The notes beneath the pieces were generated by a model. It ran no database searches. It was not told the origin of the DNA and saw nothing but the letters and a program-made list of their open reading frames with translations. A stretch of 64,000 nucleotides of DNA, from positions 79,484,001 through 79,548,000 of the forward strand of contig OZ287748.1 of the NCBI GenBank assembly GCA_965649765.1, in the 5' to 3' direction. The position numbers and the translations under genes were made by a program. Positions 1 to 12,000 of this stretch are shown here, piece by piece (the first letter of the stretch is position 1; every line of letters begins with the position of its first letter). This DNA is from Bispira polyomma (lineage: Eukaryota).

Positions 1-3000
1 CTTTATTATCATTGATTTGCTCTCTCAGTCACTAGATTGCAATTAGAGCAAGAGGTGTTTCGGTTGGTTGAATTTTATTATTATTGTGTGGGTTCAATGT
101 TTAACTTGTGATTAATGTGATCTACTCATCAGTGGGGAAATGTGCAAATTGTTGTGGAATTAGTAACATTTATTATGTGTCAACAAAATTAGCAACAATT
201 ATTATATGTCAACAATATTACAAGAATACATTTGGTGGATATATATACCTGTTAAGCATTAAATAAAGATTTACATTAATAACATACATGTAAAAAAAGT
301 AATAGTTAATTAGTTACAGTACAGTGTGTTAACACTACAATGTCATTGATTACTATCACTTTTACTGATGGCTTTTGATGTCTCATCAGTGGCTTCTCTG
401 TCTTTTTTGTAACCAAGAAAAGGTGCCATTATCCCTAATTCCAAACACTTTAGGAAGTGCTCCCTTATTGCTTGCTGGTTTATTCTGTAGTCCTCAGGTT
501 TAAGTCCATGACATACACTTAATAGGAAAGAAGACATAATTTTTATTTATCACAGCTAATCCCAGTCTAAGCGATGTAGTTACATTTTTCAATTAAAAGG
601 TGAACATTTCTAGAAAGCAGCCACACTATTATTAATTAAACAGGAAGTCATCGATGTATGTTGATTTGTTTGATCCAACTTGATGTGTGATTAAGTAGCT
701 TACATAGGTTTAGTGATCATACCTACCCTTTGATAAATAGAATTAAATAGGAAGCCACAGCTCCAAATTGTATTGGTTTGATCTAACTGGATGTGTGATT
801 AAATAGCCCAACTGGCATTAGTGTTGGTTATGTCCACCAATAAAAAAGTGACTGAATGCTAAATATAACTTTAGAAGTAAGAGAAAGAATAGAATCTGGA
901 TTTTCTTGGAAAGCAGAGAGTAACGTAAAGCAGTGTAATTTACATTGTATATACAGTTGTTTTAAATATGTTAACAAAATATATACTTACTGGTTTATTG
1001 TGCAATTTATGTTTTCAAGAGCTGCTGGAGTAATTGAACTTAACAAAGTGTTTATTCCAGGAAAGTATCAACAGTTTCATGCAAATTTCTAACAGTGGTA
1101 AATAGCTTTTACATGTACAGTGTACTACTTCAGCTATTGATTTGGCACCAGTTAAAAGGGTAAAATCTAACTTTTTGGGATAGCATCCATTATCTAAAAG
1201 ATTCACAGAAAGTTCACCAAAGACATATTACCATGGGAACACTTTTTGTTGCTACTAAATGTCGCTACCATCATAACAATGCACATGTACTTATTGCTTA
1301 AAAAAAGAACCTGTATTTTATTACTTTTTAAAATTTTGCCCAGGCTTATAGGCTTGGTCTGAAAGGTTCAGTTATGGTGTAATCCCTTTGGGACACCAAT
1401 TGCGTATGGAAGTTATAACATATGTGCTCCTTAATTCCCTTGGGACACTATCCCTTGGGCTTTTATGTAGTTTACTGTGTATGATTATTTTTATTATCAT
1501 GTGTTTTAAGTTTTTATCTAGATTGTGTGTTACGATTGTATATACATATATATTCAGAATGATAATAATAATAAATTAGATGCTTCACATCCCTAGCCTT
1601 TTTCACTGACTTATTGACCTTGAACTATAGGGACTGTGGTCTCTAGGCATGAGGGTGCCTTGAGATTCAGTCACATCAAGGCAATATAGTTTCACGGCAC
1701 CCCTCTGGTTGGTGGTTTCTCTTTAGTGCTATCCCACATTTTTCTGTCTATTTTAGGATGACTAAAACGTCACATGTGACGTGGCCTAGTGGCTATTTGT
1801 TTTCTCATTAATATTTCAACCTTGGAGAAGTACACTTGGCAAAAGAAGAAATATTTTTTGGCTCCCTCCATCCCACCCTTAAGCAATTTTACCACTTACC
1901 AGTAGGGCAGCTGATGCTGGGTTCGAGCACAAGAGTGCGGCCATGTTAACCTAAGGCCTAAGTTTTTAAATACCTTGTTTTACCTTATTGTTATATAACC
2001 TATATCAGTAGTAGAAAAATGTTACTTGCTATAATGTTAAAACCTCGCGTGAGTCACGAGTTTTGTTGTGTTTATAGTCGTTATTTAATGTGACGTGGGT
2101 CACACGGATCATTGTATTTATATTGGTGATGTAATGTGACGTGGCTCACATGGTTGATTGTGTTTATATTGGTGACGTAACAAAACATGGGTCACCTGGT
2201 TTGTGGTGTTTCTATTTTCTGTGGTGTTTCTATTTGCAATGTTTGTATTGGTTATAACAATGTTATAAATTGGTTATTAAAATATATTGCAATGTTTGTA
2301 TTGGTTATAACAGAAGGTACTCATCTTATATTATCAGAGTCACTGCGAGACAATGAATCTTTATAATGATGACACTGCTATAATTAAAAGAATGGCTTGT
2401 CTTTTATTGCACTGATTTTCACAAGTCTGTGTCCTCCAGTCCTGTTGTTTTTAGTGTCAACCAGATCCCAGCACTAGGCACAGGAATCATCACTTTTGGA
2501 TTAAGTTTTAATGGCACCTAAAACAGAATAATGAAAGTGAAATTGGAAATATCAGCAGCCATATAAAGTCAGACCTTTTTGCACATCAGCAAATCAACTA
2601 GTATAACTTCGGAATCTAAAAAAAGCGTTTTTAAATTTGAAATTAGATACTAATTGTTTCCTTATTACTTAGCTTTACAAAACATTTACAGATGCATTTT
2701 GTTTAACGTCTATTATCCTCTGCTTTAATAAAGATATTTTTTCTAGTTCTTTGATAGTGGATTTTATTGTCTTTACAGATGCTAGGTCCCATCTAAAGCA
2801 CAATAACCAAATCGAAGGAAGAAGTTTTAAAAGATGCGACTCAAGTGTTCTCCAAATTTTAGGTAAAAATACCTGAAAGTCATTTTTAAAGTCAAAGTGT
2901 TTTCACGATATCCCAACTTATACAATGTTAACATCATATCTTTTGTATGAACACATGAACGACCTACTCAAACAGACAAAAACGGTGGGGATTTTGTTTT

Positions 3001-3929
3001 TCACAAACAAATGGACACACAGACCAAAATTATAATGCTGCTTTAAAATTCATTTTAAAGAGGACCATGCTACACTATATCAAATTGGACTCGGTTTCCG
3101 CAAGTAATGAAGACTTGTTACACATAGTAGTCAAAACAGCATCAGGGGTTGTATTTTAGAATCTTCTTTCAATTCGTTTACAGCATTTTGTTAAAACCCT
3201 TCCTTTCTTATGGTTATCCAATATGCCTGATATATTAAGAAAGAGGTAAAAGAATAGAAGAATGCTGGGAAAATTTATCATGACAAGGAATAGGTATAGT
3301 GAGTAGTGCTCAACAAACAGGAGACGAGATTTGGTAAAGTGACCTTATGGTAAGGCAGATGGACCAATGATGAGGGGATCCCTGGTAGAACTCCTGATAA
3401 CAGCAGGGATCAGATCCATCCTTATAGAACATACACAAGATTTGAACACGCAATATGTCCCTCCGAAGATGGTAACTAATGTTAAGTTTCAGGACACACA
3501 TTTTTAGGATAATAAAGGTCTTGAATAATGTCATAGTGTTATAGACTAGATATCAAAAACAAAAATATATGTTACATAGGATTAAATATAGACACAACTT
3601 TATTGTATATTTAGCCTTATAGTCGTCACAGACCTAAATATACTATACTAAATATACTAAATATACATGTCTTTCTTGTACCAACAGACATATTAAGATA
3701 TAAGTTTAAGATTACACTTGTACATATATGGTACCTCAATCAACTACTTAACAGATCTTTCAATTTTATAGATGACACAATGATTTGACGACCTCAGAGT
3801 TCAGCATAAGTCTGAAGTTAGGGTTACTTCAAACACACAATTTCAGGAAAAAAATCACTGTGATTGTGGAAATTTCCTTTATTTTATCATTTTAAACATC
3901 AACAATGCCAAAAATGCATATATATGTTA

Positions 3930-4060
3930 CAGGCCAAATTAAAATCTAGGCGAATTTTAAATCCGCCTAGGCCAAATAAAAATTCTAATCTCGCCTAGGC
4001 GAAACAAAGATTTTAATCTCGCCTAGGCAAATTTTGATTTTGACTAGGTGGAATTCAAAT
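3930..4060. repeat. ~30-bp repeats carrying the palindrome cgcctaggcg; probably a MITE remnant
   Basis: ctaggc core recurs about 5 times. Confidence 0.55.
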
Positions 4061-5666
4061 TTTCCAAGTTCATCTAGTAGAATTTTAGCTAAATATGGTG
4101 CATGCCTGGGTAGAATTTGAATATGACCACACCAATTACATTTTTTTGATTTCTCCACACCGCATTAAAATCCAATAACTTGCTCAATATGTATTATTAG
4201 TGTATTATCAGCGTAATAAAATAAAGTGTGTCAATGAAGTGAAAAATGTTAAAGAAGGTGTCAAAGGTGAAGTTGGGCATGCCTAAAAGATTCCCAGCTC
4301 ATAATTTCCTATAACTTGGTTTCACATATCAAACCTGTAGAAACTATAACTAGACCTATCACATCGGAGACCGGATGCCTATTGTATCTACCGGATGGAA
4401 AATTGGGTACGGTTCCTGATGAATGGAAATTTAATGAATAATTTTTAGGTCATCTTAAGCAGAGGATTTTGCTCACACATAAGGCTGTTGGTGTAGTAAT
4501 TTTAATGAATACTGAATAGGGTTGCTTTGCCTATGAAGTTGAATTAAGGGAAAAGACACTGGGGATGAGAAATCTGGCGACAAAGAAGAAGACCACTATT
4601 ATCACCAGTTTCTTGGTACCCGTTAGAGCATTGCTGGCTCTAGAAACTCCCCCTGATAAAGGCAGCTAGCCAGCCTGCATCTTTGGGGTGAAAGATTGCC
4701 TAAGAATGTTCCAGTGCTACCACTCACCTTGCCACCAGTGAAGGAAGTCGTGCAAAGCTGGCGTTTCTATGAGGATCTGGCGTCTGGTCATCCTGATCCA
4801 AAGAACCTAGAACTGTTGGATTTGACTCCTCTGAACAGGGGCGATTTGATCGGCTATAACTGACCCAAGATAAGATATTACAGTCTACTATTCCCCCATT
4901 TTCCATTTTATCGAAAGTAAGAATGTGGGGTGTACATGGAAGGAAGAGATGGAGTTTAAGACATCTTAAGTGAATGACAGCCACTTTAAGGTTAAACAAG
5001 ATCAGAATGGAGTGGTCCACCCGCCACACCTTAACCACTAGACCATGGGTGACCACACATGGATATAATGAGAGTTGAACCAGTGACCCTGTGACCACTG
5101 TTAAACTCTTTACCAATTGACCATGGAAGACCACACATAGAAATATTGGGGGTTCAACCCTCTGATTCCAAGGTGAAATCCTTAACCACTAGATCATGTG
5201 AGAACAGACATAGAAATAATAGGATTGGAACCAGGCATCTTCTAATCACCAGGTTAAACCCTTATGTGTTGCATGCATATTGTAATCTAAGCAAACAAAG
5301 AAGAAATGGTGACAGGTATGTCACTATTTTATATATTTTGAGATGTCTATATCTGAGTGAATATTGGATGGATTTTGATTATGTAAAAAGCTTCAAGTGT
5401 AATTATTACTCTTTCTGTGAATATATATCTTTTCAGGTAAGACAGCAGTGGATTGATATTCTTAAACTCGGAAACTGTGCTTATCCAAAGATGACATCTC
5501 ATTTCCTTATTTGGTAGCGGTAAATAATGCCTTGAAAGGGATCCCCAAAGTGTAATTAAAATGTTAGCATAGCAACAAATGAAAATGGCTTTTACTCCTC
5601 TATTTTTAGCTATATTTACATCAAATTATCAATAAAACATCACTGACACAGACTCCATATGTATGG

Positions 5667-5880
5667 CAAGATTCCCGTCATTACCAGAAGGCTACACATC
5701 CCTGCTAGTAATGCAATAAAAAACAGCGACAAGAGCTTTTTAAAACAGCTCAAGAGCAGTAGACTCGATTAATGTTTTAGGTATTTCCTTTGACTCAGGT
5801 TTGTAAAGATGTTTCTTTATTGTCTAAAAGATGGCAATTTTTAGTTTCATCTTGAGTTATACCCAAATGGCATGCGTGTT
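5667..5880 (+). repeat. ~210-bp dispersed direct repeat, copy 1
   Basis: Closely similar to 15595-15804 by eye; begins with hairpin cattaccag(a/c)agg..cctgctagtaatg. Confidence 0.85.
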
Positions 5881-6024
5881 CTTCTTCAAAATTGCAAAGA
5901 AGAATTTCACCTATGGTCACCCTAACCTAAAACTTAACTATCTTAAACTCAAGATAGGGTGACCTCAAACTCAGCTTAAGGTGACCTTTCACTTTTAGCT
6001 AAGGTAACCTTATGATGCCTTTAC

Positions 6025-6400
6025 ACTGAAGACCTGGCTCATGAAACCCTTCTCCAGGAGAGGGATAGACCCGAATGAGAGGATTTACAACTAGAGGATT
6101 TCCCGGGGGAGAAGGGTGGTAGAGAATTCCTTTGGGATCCTAGTACAGAGGTTCAGGGTTCTACTCTCTACCATGCAGAAAGAACCACCCGTGGTAGCCA
6201 CCATTACCCTAACCTGTGTTGTCCAACACAATATGATGAGAACCGTTACTATAAACCAGGAAATACTACACCAAAATCAAGATGACCCATCCATCCCACA
6301 GGAAGTACTTACAGGAGATAGTAACCCACTTGTCAAAAGTAATATTTGCAGGGCAGCCAAGGAACAGAGAGCGATTCTTAATCAGCTACTTTCTGAATGA
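6025..6400 (+). pseudogene. PIF/Harbinger transposase C-terminal remnant (DDE_Tnp_4/HARBI1-like)
   Basis: WLMKPFSRR..ERIYN*RISRGRRVVENSFGILVQRFRVL..CVVQHN; internal stop, 5' truncated. Confidence 0.85.
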
Positions 6401-6689
6401 GGGGCATCAACCAATGTGAGAATCAACCAAAAAAGGCCCTTTTCAGGGCCACCTAAAACTTTCAAAAACAATATCTAAGCTTTTGTTGTTGGTTACCAAA
6501 AAAAAATATTAAAAAGAAACCCCCCATGACAAGAAACAAACTGCCCCCACAAATGACTAAACTCACATACACAGAAACAAAAACTGCTTGCTCCCTAAGC
6601 TGTGGCTGGTGGTACACTAAGTGTCCTTGTTGCTGTGGTTGCTGTGGGATGCAGGAAGATGATACAAGGTAATAGGCTGTTAAAACGGT

Positions 6690-7410
6690 TGCGGTTGGAA
6701 GTGGGGCACCACATGTTGAGAAGCCCTCTTTTGAAGATTGCTGACCAGGTTGAATGCTTCTTCCCTCAATTGGGTAAAGTACTGGTCGGGAAGTTTCTCT
6801 GCTTCCAGAGTCAGTCAGTTCAGGAAAGCACCTCTGGGTCCCTTTGTCTTGGTGGCCTTCTTCAAAAAACCATGTGATGCTTTCCTCCCTGCGACCAATT
6901 CTGTCTCTTAGCTCTGTGGAATGCCAGCTTCTGGGGTAGGGAAAACGCCCATATGTGAAAGACTGCTTGGAGATTTTGCCAGGCAAAGTGATATTTATGG
7001 AATACTCCATCTTGACATCGACTTGGTCAGTGTCTGACTAAGATCCAGCTGGTTTCGGTGAAGACGCTAGAGCTCTCCTGCAGATGCTGATGGATTTGGT
7101 TTGAACCCAGCAGTCTTGTTAACATGGCTGATGATATGTGGCCTCAAAAAGTCAAATGTCCCTTTCAACCACTTCTGGCAGTGGGTCATATTAGGAGCTT
7201 GGCCAGACCCGAGTTGACTCAGTTTCCAGTAGATGGTATGCTGTGAGTGGAACCACTTCTTAACCTCATCTGCATCTAATCCCCTGGTGAAGCAGAAATC
7301 TTGCCAAAAGATGTTTTTCTTCTGTGTGTCCTTTTACAGTGCGTCTCTTGTTATACAGCCACTCGTGATCCTTGTGGAAATCCACCACCGCCTTAACAGA
7401 TGTAGATCTC
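6690..7410 (-). pseudogene. Harbinger Myb/MADF partner ORF remnant, convergent with the transposase
   Basis: Manual translation: VVDFHKDHEWLYNK, EVKKWFHSQHTIYWKLSQLGSGQ..KWLKGTFDFLRPHI (MADF-like), and a C-terminal AFLN*LTLEAEKLPDQYFTQLREEAFNLV helix; frameshifted. Confidence 0.7.
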
Positions 7411-7984
7411 GTAGGGATCCAAATTTGAATCCTGATAGTAATTAGATTTTGAACTGTTGTTAAAGCGAACTTTGACAACAGAAGTAGTGTAAGCCATGTG
7501 AATGTTGAACTGAACTCTAATGCTGAACATTCTGGTTATAATGGTAATGTTAATAATGCCCTTGCTTATACTGGTTGTGTTGATAAATCTAGTGCTATGT
7601 GTGCTACCATACATAAGGTTACTAGTATAAATACTGCAAAAAATATTAGTTTTATAGCTCAACTTGACTCTAGTGGGGGCAAGAACTTTAGGTCACTAGT
7701 TGAAGAATGCCACTCTTCCCCAATAATTGATTGTATTGTTAAATCTGGTGTGAAAAGGCTTCTGTGATGACTTTTTTTGTCCCCCTTGTCCTTAAACAAC
7801 TGATACACCCACTTGGGGTGAGGAACTAGAACGTATGAAAGTTGATTTGTTGCTTGAATTTGTTAAACTGACGGTCGCTGTTTATATGGAGAAAACATAG
7901 TTTTTGATAACAATCTGTTAGAATTAGATTCCAATCAGGTTGGTTAGTTTGGCTTTGTCCTTTATTTGTGAATAAGTATCAGAC

Positions 7985-8187
7985 TTAGAAATTTTATTCA
8001 TAAATTGTATTTTTATAAAATACATACTTACCCAGTGAAACTGTGTGCTTACCGGTAGTTCGCCTGCCGGTGACGACCAATCCCTAAGAGAAAAGGGGTT
8101 ATGTACTGGTCGCCTCCGACGAGAGTCGGTCCACCGGGGACCGGGACATCACGTGACCCTGCGCGAGAAGCTGCGCACCGACCATTC
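7985..8187 (-). repeat. DIRS 3' inverted terminal repeat including the AT-rich terminal extension
   Basis: Pairs with 14861-15020; the outer part 7985-8040 is complementary to the first half of the ICR. Confidence 0.95.
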
Positions 8188-8276
8188 TGATTTACTAGAG
8201 CCATTTTGAACCAATTAATTGAAATAACACTACCCTTTGGCGTTAACCGCGGGGCAGGTTGGGTGGGACTCTAACC

Positions 8277-8375
8277 GTTTCACTGGGTAAGTATGTATTT
8301 TATAAAAATACAATTTATGAATAAAATTTCTAATTTTATTGCAATACAATTACTTACCCAGTGAAACTGTGTGCT
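8277..8375 (-). repeat. DIRS internal complementary region (ICR)
   Basis: The + strand reads revcomp(left end: ...aaatttctaa) joined to revcomp(right end: ttttattgcaatac...), i.e. the predicted circular-intermediate junction. Confidence 0.93.
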
Positions 8376-9005
8376 GAATACCGTCACCAAGGAGGTGGGT
8401 AAACGCCACAGGGAAGCTGGTAGAACTCCTTTTCTCTGAAATAAACAAAGTTATTAGTGTTGATGGTGGTGATGCTGTCTCTTCCTGTCTGATCCTGCAA
8501 GGAAAGAAGGAATTCGTTTAGTGGGTAATAGTAGCTTACCATAGCATGAAGCTCTCTGTAGTTGAGACGACCACCTTTTCCATAGAGTACCAGAAACTTC
8601 CACACACTGTAAGACTTTTTGACCTAAAAAGGGTTAAAAATACACGCAATAATTAGATACCACTCTGGAACTAATATTGACAAGTATATGTATATATTTA
8701 TGTGAGAACAGATCGTAATCAGTTATCCCCCAGAATTACAGTATTAACATACTTCTATTTTTTGACAACCATGCTTACATGTGTGTTTTAAGATCAAAAA
8801 CAGAATAAGTCAAAATTTTTCTCTCACCATCGATACAGGTATCCTGCTGGCGTGTAGTACTACCGGTCCAGTAGTACCGGGTCCGGTTGACCGGTGAGGC
8901 ACTGGCAAGTGTCACGATCCGGTCGGCTCCCCCCCTGGTTTTCACAAGAGAGCAGCCGGGTCACAGGCACACACACTGAGGCAAATATCACATGTTGAGA
9001 GTAGT

Positions 9006-10925
9006 TCAGGAAGGTGAAGTATCCACAATCTGTTGAGCAGCTACAACAGGACCTAGGTAGAGGTAGTCTTTGTCTGCCCAGGCAAGGTCTTTTAAGTAAA
9101 AGTCTGTGAACGTGGAATGCGACTTCCAATGGCAGGCTGACATAATTTGATCGACCGAAACACCACCTTGGAAGGCTTTGGAGGCCGCGAAAGCTCTGAC
9201 GTCATGAGCTTTGACCTGTAGAAGGTCGAGAGAGTGATCATCAGTGAGAGTGTAACACAACTTAACTGTTTCTTTAATCCATGATGATATGGTTGACGCC
9301 TGTATTTCTTTGGTGTGGCCTTTCTTAAAGGACACAAACAAGAGCTTTCTACCTTTCCTGATGTCGGATACTTTATCCAAGTAGTATCTCAGGGCTCTGA
9401 CAGGACACAAAGATCTGTCTGCAACTAGGCTTCTGTCTAAGGCTGGAGCGAGAGCCGGGATGATCACCGGTGCGATACACTGTGGTCCTTCCCTGGCAAG
9501 TTGATTCTTGGCCAAAAAGGTCGGGGAGGCTGCTAAAGATATTTTCTCCCAGTGGCCCAGATTTCGCATGTATTCAAATATCCAATCGTGAATTTCGCTC
9601 CGACGTTTTCCTGATGCCAGAGCAAGTAAGAAGGCTGTCTTGTAGGTAAGATGCTTCAGTTCTGCTTTTCTTGACGGTTCAAAAGGAGGACAAGTAAGCT
9701 GATGTAGGACAACAGAGAGGTTCCACTTTGGTAAGGATCTGGCTGCCTTAGGCCTATCTCGATGAAAACTGGTCAACAAACGAGAGATATCCTGGTTGTG
9801 ACTAATATTCACTGTGGAACCGAGGGTATCCGCAATAGCCGTCCTGTAGCCTTCTATGGTAGAAGGTCTTAGGTTCTTGTCCGAGTAGAGGTGCATCAAG
9901 AAGTCTGCTACTTTATTTATAGGTGGGCATGTGAAGTCCACCTGCTTTTCCTCACACCATCGTTGAAAAACGGTCCACTTTGACTTGTAGACGGACCTTG
10001 TAGAGAGCCTCTGAGGTTGAGCAATCCTTTCTGCCACTGCAGGGGTGAAGCCTTGCTCTTGTAGTCCGGTACTCCTAGACACCAAGCGTGAAGGTTCAGG
10101 AATGCCGGATCCGGATGGAACCGGAGGTTCCACGGTTGTCTGAGTAAGTTGTGGCGTGGAGGTAGCAGTAGAGGGACTCGCAGTGATAGGTCCACGAGGT
10201 CCCAGAACCAGGGCATTCCCGGCCACCCTGGGGTTATGAGAAGTATCCTGCACCTGTGGGTGCGTACTTTGTTGATCACCTTGGTGATCAGAGCTGTCGG
10301 GGGATAACAGTAAACGTCTAGGTTGTCCCAAGATATGTTGAGAGCGTCCACTGCCCAGGCTTGCAGATCCGGGAGTGGAGAGACGTATATCGGTAGCTTG
10401 TAGTTCAAGTTTGTTGCAAACATGTCTACATGTGGGGTGTACCACTGGCGACACAGGTTTTTGAAGATCCGAGGGCAGAGTGACCACTCTGTCTGGATGA
10501 CTTGGTTCTTTCTGGAGAGAGCATCGGCGATGACGTTTCGACATCCGGGAATATGACGAGCTCTGAGAGTCATGGCTAACTTGTGACACAATGTTTGTAT
10601 CCTCCAGACTAGGGCACACATCTCCATTGAGTGTGTGCCTCCCTGTTTGTTTATGTAGGCTACCACAGATGAGTTGTCTGTTGACAGAAGGACTCTTTGA
10701 CCGGTGCACTGAACCTTGAAGGCCTGTAGAGCCAGATAAACGGCCTTGAGTTCTAGGACATTTATGTGTAGATCTTGTTCGGACACTGACCATCCGCCTC
10801 TTGCTGTGTGATAATCCAAGTGAGCGCCCCAACCTTCGTTTGAAGCGTCTGTAAAGAGCAATGTATTGTGCTCGAGAGGATGGAGGGAGTCTCCCACCAA
10901 CACGTTTCTTGGATCCAACCACCAT
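9006..10925 (-). CDS. DIRS tyrosine recombinase (core domain from ~10070; N-terminal part overlaps Pol)
   Basis: LALASGKRRSEIH (catalytic R), LCPVRAL, HDVRAFA (HxxR), CHWKSHSTFTDFYL (W and nucleophile Y). Confidence 0.93.
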   Translation of the reverse strand: MVVGSKKRVGGRLPPSSRAQYIALYRRFKRRLGRSLGLSHSKRRMVSVRTRSTHKCPRTQGRLSGSTGLQGSVHRSKSPSVNRQLICGSLHKQTGRHTLNGDVCPSLEDTNIVSQVSHDSQSSSYSRMSKRHRRCSLQKEPSHPDRVVTLPSDLQKPVSPVVHPTCRHVCNKLELQATDIRLSTPGSASLGSGRSQHILGQPRRLLLSPDSSDHQGDQQSTHPQVQDTSHNPRVAGNALVLGPRGPITASPSTATSTPQLTQTTVEPPVPSGSGIPEPSRLVSRSTGLQEQGFTPAVAERIAQPQRLSTRSVYKSKWTVFQRWCEEKQVDFTCPPINKVADFLMHLYSDKNLRPSTIEGYRTAIADTLGSTVNISHNQDISRLLTSFHRDRPKAARSLPKWNLSVVLHQLTCPPFEPSRKAELKHLTYKTAFLLALASGKRRSEIHDWIFEYMRNLGHWEKISLAASPTFLAKNQLAREGPQCIAPVIIPALAPALDRSLVADRSLCPVRALRYYLDKVSDIRKGRKLLFVSFKKGHTKEIQASTISSWIKETVKLCYTLTDDHSLDLLQVKAHDVRAFAASKAFQGGVSVDQIMSACHWKSHSTFTDFYLKDLAWADKDYLYLGPVVAAQQIVDTSPS

Positions 10926-12000
10926 TCGAGGTGAGCCTTAAGGAGCAGGTCCACTGGAATGAGTTTGTTTAAGGTTTCTGGGAACCTCCAGTGGTTCTTC
11001 AGGTGCCATTGTAGAGGTCGCATTTGAAGGCGACCCCCAGGTACTTGTTTTTCTGTTGACGCAAGGAGGCCGATAAGAGACATCCAGAGTCACACAGACA
11101 CCTGAGAGGTGATGAGTATCCGGTTGATCATATCCTGTAGCTTGCACAACCGGTCTGGTGTAGGTAGTACCAGTCCCCTCTGTAGATCGAACTGGTACCC
11201 GACGAAGGTAAAGTTCTGTGAGGGGATAAGTTCCGACTTTTTGTAATTGATGATCCAGCCCAAATCCGTGACGAGGGAGATCAAGGTCTCTGTGCTGGCC
11301 TGGCATTGAGCCGCTGAAGGTGCTCTGATGAGCCAGTCGTCCAAATACTGATGCATCCGAACTCCCAAAGAGAGGGCCATCAGTTTTACTTCCTTGACTA
11401 GTAGAGTGAACTCGTGAGGGGCTGTTGCTAGTCCAAATGGAAGAGCCCTGAACTGGTAGGACTTGCCTCTGTGGTGGAACCTGAGGTATTTTTCAGACCT
11501 GGGGTGAATAGGGATGTGTAGATAAGCATCCGTGAGGTCCAGTGAGGTGACCCATTCCCCCTGTTGTAGGGAGGCCCGGATAGATTCCGGGGTCTCCATG
11601 CGGAATTTGTGGACCTCGAGGTATTTGTTCATAGTACTGAGGTCTATGACCGGTCTCCACCGGTTGCCCGGTTTGGGTACGAGGAAAAGACGACTGGTGT
11701 ATCCCAACGAGTTTGTCTTTTGCACCGGTACGACTGCTTGTTTTGACAGAAGGTCCACCACACAGTTGTGTAAGGCTTAGTCTTTTTCTACTCCTGTGTA
11801 TCCGCTTATGATGTATGGGAACCGGGAGAGGGGAGGTTTTCTCCTGAATGGAAGGGAATATCCTAGTCTTATGATATCCAGTTCTCTTTGGATTATTCTT
11901 TTTGATGTCCATTCGGGCACAAAATGAAGCAAACGCGCCCCAACCCCTAAGGGCGTCTGCTCCGGTGGATTCTCATTTGGATGAGCCACCGCGGCCTCCA
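9917..12000 (-). pseudogene. DIRS Pol: reverse transcriptase, RNase H and adenine-methyltransferase-like domain, with two in-frame stops (11777-11779 TAA, 11090-11092 TGA)
   Basis: VGARL..GYSLPF, RPVIDL, SLDLTDAYLHIPI, ALPFGL, YLDD; RH motifs FTDAS, HINVLEL, TDN, NVIADALSR; MT motifs DMFAT, DAL..W, YCYPP, PGWP..PWF. The three ORF-track pieces share one frame. Confidence 0.93.

Noticed and set aside
343-537. ORF with HFLKCLELGIMAPFL, faintly like Penelope-element N-termini, and a nearby ctgatgagacatcaaaa resembling a minimal hammerhead
   Set aside because: Too short; the GAAA core is absent and stems I/III cannot be formed.
7498-7767. 89-aa ORF next to the DIRS end
   Set aside because: No recognisable domain and no splice support; probably decayed TE sequence.
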